The position numbers were made by a program, and so were the translations under genes. A model generated the notes under the pieces. The model saw nothing but the letters and a program-made list of their open reading frames with translations. It ran no database searches and had not been told where the DNA came from. Positions 52,901 through 64,000 of a stretch of DNA of 64,000 nucleotides are shown one piece after another. Every line of letters starts with the position of its first letter. Position 1 is the stretch's first letter. Source of the stretch: Eledone cirrhosa (Eukaryota); contig CAXHJY010000096.1 of the NCBI GenBank assembly GCA_964016885.1, forward strand, positions 434,001 to 498,000, in the 5' to 3' direction.

Positions 52901-54499
52901 AAAAATCAGGGGGAGATAATTTGTAAAAAAAATCAGGGGGAGATAATTTGTAAAAAAAATCAGGGGGAGATAATTTGTAAAAAAAATCAAGGGGAGATAA
53001 TTTGCAGCCGTCCAAGGGGAGATAATCTTCAGCCGTCCAAGGAGAGGTAATTTCTAGCCGTCCAAGGGGAGATAATTTCCAGCCGTCCAAGGGGAGATAA
53101 TTTCCAGCCGTCCAAGGGGAGATAATTTTTTTTAAAAATCAGGCGGAGATAATTTGTAAAAAAAAAAATCAGGGGGAGATAATTTGTAAGAAAAATCAGG
53201 GGGAGATAATTTGTAAAAAAAAATCAGGGGGAGATAATTTGTAAAAAAAATCAAGGGGAGATAATTTCCAGCCGTCCAAGGGAAGATAATTTCCAGCCCT
53301 CCAAGGGGCTATAATTTCCAGCGTCCAAGGGGAGATAATTTCCAGCCAGCGAAGGGGAGATAATTTTTTTTTTAAAAATCATGCGGGGATAATTTGTAAA
53401 AAAAATCAGGGGGAGATAATTTGTAAAAAAAATCAAGGGGAGATAATTTCCAGCCGTCCAAAGAGAGATAATTTCTAGCCGTCCAAGGGGAGATAATTTC
53501 CAGCCGTCCAAGGGGAGATAATTTCCCGCCAGCCAAGGGAAGATAATTTTTTAAAAAATCAGGCGGAGATTGTAAAAAAAATCAGGGGGAGATAATTTGT
53601 AAAAAAATCAGGGGGAGATAATTTGTAAAAAAAAAATCAGGGGGAGATAATTTGTAAAAAAAAATCAGAGGGAGATAATTTGTAAAAAAAAATCAGGGGG
53701 AGATAATTTGTAAAAAAAATCAGGGGTAGATAATTTGTAAAAAAAATCAGGGGGAGATAATTTGTAAAAAAAATCAGGGGGAGATAATTTGTAAAAAAAA
53801 TCAGGGGGAGATAATTTGTAAAAAAAATCAAGGGGAGATAATTTGCAGCCGTCCAAGGGGAGATAATTTTCAGCCGTCCAAGGAGAGGTAATTTCTAGCC
53901 GTCCAAGGGGAGATAATTTCCAGCCGTCCAAGGGGAGATAATTTCCAGCCGTCCAAGGGGAGATAATTTTTTTTTAAAAATCAGGCGGAGATAATTTGTA
54001 AAAAAAAAAATCAGGGGGAGATAATTTGTAAAAAAAAATCAGGGGGAGATAATTTGTAAAAAAAAATCAGGGGGAGATAATTTGTAAAAAAAATTAAGGG
54101 GAGATAATTTTCAGCCGTCCAAGGGAAGATAATTTCCAGCCCTCCAAGGGGCTATAATTTCCAGCGTCCAAGGGGAGATAATTTCCAGCCAGCGAAGGGG
54201 AGATAATTTTTTTTTTTTAAATCATGCGGGGATAATTTGTAAAAAAAATCAGGGGGAGATAATTTGTAAAAAAAATCAAGGGGAGATAATTTCCAGCCGT
54301 CCAAAGAGAGATAATTTCTAGCCGTCCAAGGGGAGATAATTTCCAGCCGTCCAAGGGGAGATAATTTCCCGCCAGCCAAAGGAAGATAATTTTTTAAAAA
54401 ATCAGGCGGAGATTGTAAAAAAAATCAGGGGGAGATAATTTGTAAAAAAAATCAGGGGGAGATAATTTGTAAAAAAAATCAGGGGGAGATAATTTGTAA

Positions 54500-57400
54500 A
54501 AAAAATCAAGGGGAGATAATTTGCAGCCGTCCAAGGGGAGATAATTTTCAGCCGTCCAAGGAGAGGTAATTTCTAGCCGTCCAAGGGGAGATAATTTCCA
54601 GCCGTCCAAGGGGAGATAATTTCCAGCCGTTCAAGGGGAGATAATTTTTTTAAAAAAATCAGGCGGAGATAATTTGTAAAAAAAAAATCAGGGGGAGATA
54701 ATTTGTAAAAAAAAATCAGGGGGAGATAATTTGTAAAAAAAAATCAGGGGGAGATAATTTGTAAAAAAATCAAGGGGAGATAATTTCCAGCCGGCCAAGG
54801 GGAGATAATTTTCAGCCGTCCAAGGAGAGGTAATTTCTAGCCGTCCAAGGGGAGATAATTTCCAGCCGTCCAAGGGGAGATAATTTCCAGCCGTCCAAGG
54901 GGAGATAATTTCCAGCCGTCCAAGGAGACATATTTTCCAGCCGTCCAAGGAGAGGTAATTTCTAGCCGTCCAAGGGGAGATAAATTCCTGCCTCCAAGGG
55001 GAGATAATTTCCAGCCAGCCAAGGGGAGATAATTTGTAAAAAAATCAGGGGGAGATAATTTGTAAAAAAAATCAGGGGGAGATAATTTGTAAAAAAAAAT
55101 CAGGGGGAGATAATTTGTAAAAAAAAATCAGGGGAGATAATTTGTAAAAAAAATCAGGGGAAGATAATTTGTAAAAAAAATCAAGGGGAGATAATTTCCA
55201 GCCGTCCAAGGGGAGATAATTTTCAGCCGTCCAAGGAGAGGTAATTTCTAGCCGTCCAAGGAGAGATAATTTCCAGCCGTCCAAGGGGAGATAATTTCCA
55301 GCCTTCCAAGGGGAGATGATTTTTAAAAAAAAATCAGGCGGAGATAAGTTGTAAAAAAAAATCAGGGGTTGATAATTTGTAAAAAAAAATCAGGGGGAGA
55401 TAATTTGTAAAAAAAAATCAGGGGGAGATAATTTGTAAAAAAAATCAAGGGGAGATAATTTCCAGCCGTCCAAGGGAAGATAATTTCCAGCCCTCCAAGG
55501 GGCTATAATTTCCAGCGTCCAAGGGGAGATAATTTCCAGCCAGCGAAGGGGAGATAATTTTTTAAAAAAAATCACTGGGATATTTGTAAAAAAAATCAGG
55601 GGGAGATAATTTGTAAAAAAAATCAAGGGGAGATAATTTCCAGCCGTCCAAAGAGAGATAATTTCTAGCCGTCCAAGGGGAGATAATTTCCAGCCTTCCA
55701 AGGGGAGATAATTTTTTAAAAAATCAGGTGGAGATAATTTGTAAAAAAAATCAGTGGAAGATAATTTGTAAAAACAAAATCAAGGGCAGATAATTTCCAG
55801 CCGTCCAAGGGGAGATAATTTCCCGCCAGCCAAGGGAAGATAATATTTAAAAAAATCAGGCGGAGATAATTTGTAAAAAAAATCAGGGGGAGATAATTTG
55901 TAAAAAAATCAGGGGGAGATAATTTGTAAAAGAAAAATCAGGGGGAGATAATTTGTAAAAAAAATCAGGGGGAGATAATTTGTAAAAAAAATCAGGGGTA
56001 GATAATTTGTAAAAAAAAATCAGGGGGAGATAATTTGTAAAAAAAAATCAGGGGGAGATAATTTGTAAAAAAAATCAAGGGGAGATAATTTGCAGCCGTC
56101 CAAGGGGAGATAATTTTCAGCCGTCCAAGGAGAGATAATTTCTAGCCGTCCAAGGGGAGATAATTTCCAGCCGTCCAAGGGGAGATAATTTCCAGCCGTC
56201 CAAGGGGAGATAATTTTTTTTAAAAAATCAAGCGGAGATAATTTGTAAAAAAAAAATCAGGGGGTGATAATTTGTAAAAAAAAATCAGGGGGAGATAATT
56301 TGTAAAAAAAAATCAGGGGGAGATAATTTGTAAAAAAAATCAAGGGGAGATAATTTCCAGCCGTCCAAGGGAAGATAATTTCCAGCCGTCCAAGGGAAGA
56401 TAATTTCCAGCCCTCCAAGGGGCTATAATTTCCAGCGTCCAAGGGGAGATAATTTCCAGCCAGCGAAGGGGAGATAATTTTTTTTTTAAAAATCAGGGGG
56501 AGATAATTTGTAAAAAAAATCAGGGGGAGATAATTTGTAAAAAAAAATCAGGGGGAGATAATTTGTAAAAAAAAATCAGGGGGAGATAATTTGTAAAAAA
56601 AATCAAGGGGAGATAATTTCAAGCCGTGCAAGGGGAGATAATTTCCAGCCGTCCAAGGGGAGATAATTTACATCCTTCCAAGGGGAGATAATTTCCCGCC
56701 AGCCAAGGGAAGATAATTTTTAAAAAAATCAGGGGGAGATAATTTGTAAAAAAAAAATCAGGGGGAGATAATTTGTAAAAAAAAATCAAGGGGAGATAAT
56801 TTGTAAAAAAAATCAGGGGGAGATAATTTGTAAAAAAAAAATCAGGGGGAGATAATTTGTAAAAAAAAATCAAGGGGAGATAATTTGTAAAAAAAATCAG
56901 GGGGAGATAATTTGTAAAAAAAATCAGGGGGAGATAATTTGTAAAAAAATCAGGGGGAGATAATTTGTAAAAAAAAAATCAGGGGGAGATAATTTGTAAA
57001 AAAAATCAAGGGGAGATAATTTGTAAAAAAAAATCAGGGGGAGATAATTTGTAAAAAAAAATCAGGGGGAGATAATTTGTAAAAAAAATCAAGGGGAGAT
57101 AATTTGCAGCCGTCCAAGGGGAGATAATTTTCAGCCGTCCAAGGAGAGATAATTTCTAGCCGTCCAAGGGGAGATAATTTCCAGCCGTCCAAGGGGAGAT
57201 AATTTCCAGCCGTCCAAGGGGAGATAATTTTTTTTAAAAAATCAAGCGGAGATAATTTGTAAAAAAAAAATCAGGGGGAGATAATTTGTAAAAAAAAATC
57301 AGGGGGAGATAATTTGTAAAAAAAAATCAGGGGGAGATAATTTGTAAAAAAAATCAAGGGGAGATAATTTCCAGCCGTCCAAGGGAAGATAATTTCCAGC

Positions 57401-58330
57401 CGTCCAAGGGAAGATAATTTCCAGCCCTCCAAGGGGCTATAATTTCCAGCGTCCAAGGGGAGATAATTTCCAGCCAGCGAAGGGGAGATAATTTTTTTTT
57501 TTTAAATCAGGGGGAGATAATTTGTAAAAAAAATCAGGGGGAGATAATTTGTAAAAAAAAATCAGGGGGAGATAATTTGTAAAAAAAAATCAGGGGGAGA
57601 TAATTTGTAAAAAAAATCAAAGGGAGATAATTTCCAGCCGTGCAAGGGGAGATAATTTCCAGCCGTCCAAGGGGAGATAATTTACATCCTTCCAAGGGGA
57701 GATAATTTCCAGCCGTCCAAGGGGAGATAATTTCCCGCCAGCCAAGGGAAGATAATTTTTAAAAAAATCAGGGGGAGATAATTTGTAAAAAAAAAATCAG
57801 GGGGAGATAATTTGTAAAAAAAAATCAAGGGGAGATAATTTGTAAAAAAAATCAGGGGGAGATAATTTGTAAAAAAAATCAGGGGGAGATAATTTGTAAA
57901 AAAATCAGGGGGAGATAATTTGTAAAAAAAAAATCAGGGGGAGATAATTTGTAAAAAAAAATCAAGGGGAGATAATTTGTAAAAAAAAATCAGGGGGAGA
58001 TAATTTGTAAAAAAAATCAGGGGGAGATAATTTGTAAAAAAATCAGGGGGAGATAATTTGTAAAAAAAAATCAGGGGGAGATAATTTGTAAAAAAAAATC
58101 AGGGGGAGATAATTTGTAAAAAAAATCAGGGGGAGATAATTTGTAAAAAAAATCAGGGGGAGATAATTTGTAAAAAAAATCAAGGGGAGATAATTTGCAG
58201 CCGTCCAAGGGGAGATAATTTTCAGCCGTCCAAGGAGAGGTAATTTCTAGCCGTCCAAGGGGAGATAATTTCCAGCCGTCCAAGGGGAGATAATTTCCAG
58301 CCGTCCAAGGGGAGATAATTTTTTTTTTTA
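54500..58330 (+). repeat. Older copy of ~2260-6090 (offset 52219)
   Basis: ORF pairs 2469/54688, 2853/55072, 4400/56619 and 5052/57271. This copy has a few private SNVs (CAGGGGTTGAT ~55363, GGGGGTGAT ~56260) and lacks the fused A unit seen at ~5567. Confidence 0.87.
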
Positions 58331-60709
58331 AATCAGGCGGAGATAATTTGTAAAAAAAAAAATCAGGGGGAGATAATTTGTAAAAAAAAATCAGGGGGAG
58401 ATAATTTGTAAAAAAAAATCAGGGGGAGATAATTTGTAAAAAAAATCAAGGGGAGATAATTTGCAGCCGTCCAAGGGGAGATAATTTTCAGCCGTCCAAG
58501 GAGAGGTAATTTCTAGCCGTCCAAGGGGAGATAAATTCCAGCCTCCAAGGGGAGATAATTTCCAGCCAGCCAAGGGGAGATAATTTGTAAAAAAATCAGG
58601 GGGAGATAATTTGTAAAAAAAATCAGGGGGAGATAATTTGTAACAAAAAATCAGGGGGAGATAATTTGTAAAAAAAAATCAGGGGGAGATAATTTGTAAA
58701 AAAAATCAGGGGGAGATAATTTGTAAAGAAAATCAAGGGGAGTTAATTTCCAGCCGTCCAAGGGGAGATAATTTTCATCCGTCCAAGGATAGGTAATTTC
58801 TAGCCGTCCAAGGAGAGATAATTTCCAGCCGTCCAAGGGGAGATAATTTCCAGCCGTCCAAGGGGAGATAATTTTTTTAAAAAAATCAGGCGGAGATAAG
58901 TTGTAAAAAAAATCAGGGGGAGATAATTTGTAAAAAAAAATCAGGGGGAGATAATTTGTAAAAAAAAATCAGGGGGAGATAATTTGTAAAAAAAATCAAG
59001 AGAAGATAATTTCCAGCCGTCCAAGGGAAGATAATTTCCAGCCCTCCAAGGGGCTATAATTTCCAGCGTCCAAGGGGAGATAATTTCCAGCCAGCGAAGG
59101 GGAGATAATTTTAAAAAAAAAATCAGTGGGAGATTTGTAAAAAAAATCAGGGGGAGATAATTTGTAAAAAAAATCAAGGGGAGATAATTTCCAGCCGTCC
59201 AAAGAGAGATAATTTCTAGCCGTCCAAGGGGAGATAATTTACATCCTTCCAAGGGGAGATAATTTCCAGCCGTCCAAGGGGAGATAATTTCCCGCCAGCC
59301 AAGGGAAGATAATTTTTAAAAAAATCAGGGGGAGATAATTTGTAAAAAAAAAATCAGGGGGAGATAATTTGTAACAAAAAATCAAGGGGAGATAATTTGT
59401 AAAAAAAATCAGGGGGAGATAATTTGTAAAAAAAATCAGGGGGAGATAATTTGTAAAAAAATCAGGGGGAGATAATTTGTAAAAAAAAATCAGGGGGAGA
59501 TAATTTGTAAAAAAAATCAAGGGGAGATAATTTGTAAAAAAAAATCAGGGGGAGATAATTTGTAAAAAAAAATCAGGGGGAGATAATTTGTAAAAAAAAT
59601 CAAGGGGAGATAATTTGCAGCCGTCGAAGGGGAGATAATTTTCAGCCGTCCAAGGAGAGATAATTTCTAGCCGTCCAAGGGGAGATAATTTCCAGCCGTC
59701 CAAGGGGAGATAATTTCCAGCCGTCCAAGGGGAGATAATTTTTTTTAAAAAATCAAGCGGAGATAATTTGTAAAAAAAAAATCAGGGGGAGATAATTTGT
59801 AAAAAAAAATCAGGGGGAGATAATTTGTAAAAAAAAATCAGGGGGAGATAATTTGTAAAAAAAATCAAGGGGAGATAATTTCCAGCCGTCCAAGGGAAGA
59901 TAATTTCCAGCCGTCCAAGGGAAGATAATTTCCAGCCCTCCAAGGGGCTATAATTTCCAGCGTCCAAGGGGAGATAATTTCCAGCCAGCGAAGGGGAGAT
60001 AATTTTTTTTTAAAAAATCAGGGGGAGATAATTTGTAAAAAAAATCAGGGGGAGATAATTTGTAAAAAAAAATCAGGGGGAGATAATTTGTAAAAAAAAA
60101 TCAGGGGGAGATAATTTGTAAAAAAAATCAAGGGGAGATAATTTCCAGCCGTGCAAGGGGAGATAATTTCCAGCCGTCCAAGGGGAGATAATTTACATCC
60201 TTCCAAGGGGAGATAATTTCCAGCCGTCCAAGGGGAGATAATTTCCCGCCAGCCAAGGGAAGATAATTTTTAAAAAAATCAGGGGGAGATAATTTGTAAA
60301 AAAAAAATCAGGGGGAGATAATTTGTAACAAAAAATCAAGGGGAGATAATTTGTAAAAAAAATCAGGGGGAGATAATTTGTAAAAAAAATCAGGGGGAGA
60401 TAATTTGTAAAAAAATCAGGGGGAGATAATTTGTAAAAAAAAATCAGGGGGAGATAATTTGTAAAAAAAAATCAAGGGGAGATAATTTGTAAAAAAAAAT
60501 CAGGGGGAGATAATTTGTAAAAAAAAATCAGGGGGAGATAATTTGTAAAAAAAATCAAGGGGAGATAATTTGCAGCCGTCGAAGGGGAGATAATTTTCAG
60601 CCGTCCAAGGAGAGATAATTTCTAGCCGTCCAAGGGGAGATAATTTCCAGCCGTCCAAGGGGAGATAATTTCCAGCCGTCCAAGGGGAGATAATTTTTTT
60701 TAAAAAATC

Positions 60710-62980
60710 AGGGGGAGATAATTTGTAAAAAAAATCAGGGGGAGATAATTTGTAAAAAAAAATCAGTGGGAGATAATTTGTAAAAAAAAATCAGGGGGAG
60801 ATAATTTGTAAAAAAAATCAAGGGGAGATAATTTCCAGCCGTGCAAGGGGAGATAATTTCCAGCCGTCCAAGGGGAGATAATTTACATCCTTCCAAGGGG
60901 AGATAATTTCCAGCCGTCCAAGGGGAGATAATTTCCCGCCAGCCAAGGGAAGATAATTTTTAAAAAAATCAGGGGGAGATAATTTGTAAAAAAAAAATCA
61001 GGGGGAGATAATTTGTAAAAAAAAATCAAGGGGGAGATAATTTGTAAAAAAATCAAGGGGGAGATAATTTGTAAAAAAAATCAGGGGGAGATAATTTGTA
61101 AAAAAAATCAGGGGGAGATAATTTGTAAAAAAAAATCAGGGGGAGATAACTTGTAAAAAAAATCAGGGGGAGATAATTTGTAAAAAAAATCAGGGGGAGA
61201 TAATTTGTAAAAAAAAATCAGGGGGAGATAATTTGTAAAAAAAAATCAGGGGGAGATAATTTGTAAAAAAAATCAGGGGGAGATAATTTGTAAAAAAAAT
61301 CAGGGGGAGATAATTTGTAAAAAAAATCAAGGGGAGATAATTTGCAGCCGTCCAAGGGGAGATAATTTTCAGCCGTCCAAGGAGAGGTAATTTCTAGCCG
61401 TCCAAGGGGAGATAATTTCCAGCCGTCCAAGGGGAGATAATTTCCAGCCGTCCAAGGGGAGATAATTTTTTTTTTAAAATCAGGCGGAGATAATTTGTAA
61501 AAAAAAAAATCAGGGGGAGATAATTTGTAAAAAAAAATCAGGGGGAGATAATTTGTAAAAAAAAATCAGGGGGAGATAATTTGTAAGAAAAATCAAGGGG
61601 AGATAATTTCCAGCCGTCCAAGGGAAGATAATTTCCAGCCCTCCAAGGGGCTATAATTTCCAGCGTCCAAGGGGAGATAATTTCCAGCCAGCGAAGGGGA
61701 GATAATTTTTTTTTTAAAAATCATGCGGGGATAATTTGTAAAAAAAATCAGGGGGAGATAATTTGTAAAAAAAATCAAGGGGAGATAATTTCCAGCCGTC
61801 CAAAGAGAGATAATTTCTAGCCGTCCAAGGGGAGATAATTTCCAGCCGTCCAAGGGGAGATAATTTCCCGCCAGCCAAGGGAAGATAATTTTTTAAAAAA
61901 TCAGGCGGAGATTGTAAAAAAAATCAGGGGGAGATAATTTGTAAAAAAATCAGGGGGAGATAATTTGTAAAAAAAAAATCAGGGGGAGATAATTTGTAAA
62001 AAAAAATCAGAGGGAGATAATTTGTAAAAAAAAATCAGGGGGAGATAATTTGTAAAAAAAATCAGGGGTAGATAATTTGTAAAAAAAATCAGGGGGAGAT
62101 AATTTGTAAAAAAAAATCAGGGGGAGATAATTTGTAAAAAAAATCAAGGGGAGATAATTTCCAGCCGTCCAAGGGAAGATAATTTCCAGCCGTCCAAGGG
62201 AAGATAATTTCCAGCCCTCCAAGGGGCTATAATTTCCAGCGTCCAAGGGGAGATAATTTCCAGCCAGCGAAGGGGAGATAATTTTTTTTTTAAAAATCAT
62301 GCGGGGATAATTTGTAAAAAAAATCAGGGGGAGATAATTTGTAAAAAAAATCAAGGGGAGATAATTTCCAGCCGTCCAAAGAGAGATAATTTCTAGCCGT
62401 CCAAGGGGAGATAATTTCCAGCCGTCCAAGGGGAGATAATTTCCCGCCAGCCAAAGGAAGATAATTTTTTAAAAAATCAGGCGGAGATTGTAAAAAAAAT
62501 CAGGGGGAGATAATTTGTAAAAAAAATCAGGGGGAGATAATTTGTAAAAAAAATCAGGGGGAGATAATTTGTAAAAAAAATCAGGGGGAGATAATTTGTA
62601 AAAAAAAATCAGGGGGAGATAATTTGTAAAAAAAATCAGGGGGAGATAATTTGTAAAAAAAATCAGGGGGAGATAATTTGTAAAAAAAATCAAGGGGAGA
62701 TAATTTGCAGCCGTCCAAGGGGAGATAATTTTCAGCCGTCCAAGGAGAGGTAATTTCTAGCCGTCCAAGGGGAGATAATTTCCAGCCGTCCAAGGGGAGA
62801 TAATTTCCAGCCGTTCAAGGGGAGATAATTTTTTTAAAAAAATCAGGCGGAGATAATTTGTAAAAAAAAAATCAGGGGGAGATAATTTGTAAAAAAAAAT
62901 CAGTGGGAGATAATTTGTAAAAAAAAATCAGGGGGAGATAATTTGTAAAAAAAAATCAGGGGGAGATAATTTGTAAAAAA
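60710..62980 (+). repeat. Copy of ~280-2550 (offset 60431)
   Basis: ORF pairs 787/61218, 1162/61593, 1576/62007 (the only two 140-aa ORFs), 2038/62469 and 2150/62581. Both copies share the private CAAGGGGG heads (~596/623 and ~61027/61054). Confidence 0.9.
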
Positions 62981-64000
62981 AATCAAGGGGAGATTATTTC
63001 CAGCCGTGCAAGGGGAGATAATTTCCAGCCGTCCAAGGGGAGATAATTTACATCCTTCCAAGGGGAGATAATTTCCAGCCGTCCAAGGGGAGATAATTTC
63101 CCGCCAGCCAAGGGAAGATAATTTTTAAAAAAATCAGGGGGAGATAATTTGTAAAAAAAAAATCAGGGGGAGATAATTTGTAAAAAAAAATCAAGGGGAG
63201 ATAATTTGTAAAAAAAATCAGGGGGAGATAATTTGTAAAAAAAATCAGGGGGAGATAATTTGTAAAAAAATCAGGGGGAGATAATTTGTAAAAAAAAAAT
63301 CAGGGGGAGATAATTTGTAAAAAAAAATCAAGGGGAGATAATTTGTAAAAAAAAATCAGGGGGAGATAATTTGTAAAAAAAATCAGGGGGAGATAATTTG
63401 TAAAAAAAATCAGGGGGAGATAATTTGTAAAAAAAAAATCAGGGGGAGATAATTTGTAAAAAAAAATCAGGGGGAGATAATTTGTAAAAAAAATCAGGGG
63501 GAGATAATTTGTAAAAAAAATCAGGGGGAGATAATTTGTAAAAAAAAATCAGGGGGAGATAATTTGTAAAAAAAATCAAGGGGAGATAATTTGCAGCCGT
63601 CCAAGGGGAGATAATTTTCAGCCGTCCAAGGAGAGATAATTTCTAGCCGTCCAAGGGGAGATAATTTCCAGCCGTCCAAGGGGAGATAATTTCCAGCCGT
63701 CCAAGGGGAGATAATTTTTTTTAAAAAATCAAGCGGAGATAATTTGTAAAAAAAAAATCAGGGGGAGATAATTTGTAAAAAAAATCAAGGGGAGATAATT
63801 TCCAGCCGTCCAAGGGAAGATAATTTCCAGCCGTCCAAGGGAAGATAATTTCCAGCCCTCCAAGGGGCTATAATTTCCAGCGTCCAAGGGGAGATAATTT
63901 CCAGCCAGCGAAGGGGAGATAATTTTTTTTTTTTAAATCAGGGGGAGATAATTTGTAAAAAAAATCAGGGGGAGATAATTTGTAAAAAAAAATCAGGGGG

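Larger units (their letters stand above)
1..64000. repeat. Composite two-monomer satellite DNA array (27-28 bp type A plus 25 bp type B) with higher-order structure; runs off both window ends
   Basis: The core GGGGAGATAATTT, or a 1-2 nt variant, recurs every 24-30 bp in the same orientation from the first to the last line. No non-repeat interval was seen. Confidence 0.99.

Noticed and set aside
42-62793. More than a hundred short minus-strand ORFs (60-140 aa; FFYKLSPPD, GWKLSPLGRLEIISPWT and NYLPL repeats)
   Set aside because: They are translations of the 27-bp and 25-bp monomers. Frames shift with homopolymer length, most starts are non-ATG codons, and there is no recognisable domain or frame preservation. 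I used them only as positional landmarks.
1-64000. CRISPR-like constant repeat plus variable spacer
   Set aside because: The 'spacers' are only 9-14 nt, fall into two recurring classes rather than being unique, and no cas genes or leader are present.
1-64000. Whole array as a sequencing or assembly artefact, or a synthetic concatemer
   Set aside because: Hierarchically shared private variants and reproducible homopolymer patterns look like genuine satellite evolution. Individual large duplications still need read validation.

Overview
The whole 64 kb window is one uninterrupted, single-orientation, non-coding tandem-repeat (satellite) array of roughly 2,400 monomers (64,000 / ~26.5 bp). I found no unique sequence, credible gene, RNA gene, transposon or CRISPR array. 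Two monomer types share the head CA[A/G]GGGGAGATAATTT. Type A (26-30 bp, mode 27-28) is CAGGGGGAGATAATTTGT(A)7-11T and type B (25 bp) is CAAGGGGAGATAATTTCCAGCCGTC. Runs of 2 to ~16 A monomers alternate with a small vocabulary of stereotyped B cassettes of usually 4-5 monomers, each closed by a T-tract/A-tract junction monomer. These build a ~0.95-1.05 kb higher-order repeat that has itself been copied in nested segmental duplications. Offsets read from identical entries in the ORF track are 291, 1384, 1777, ~2091, 10024, 14781, 16983, 52219 and 60431 bp. All listed ORFs are artefacts of translating the repeat. The architecture most resembles eukaryotic centromeric, pericentromeric or subtelomeric satellite, but neither the organism nor the function can be determined from this sequence alone.
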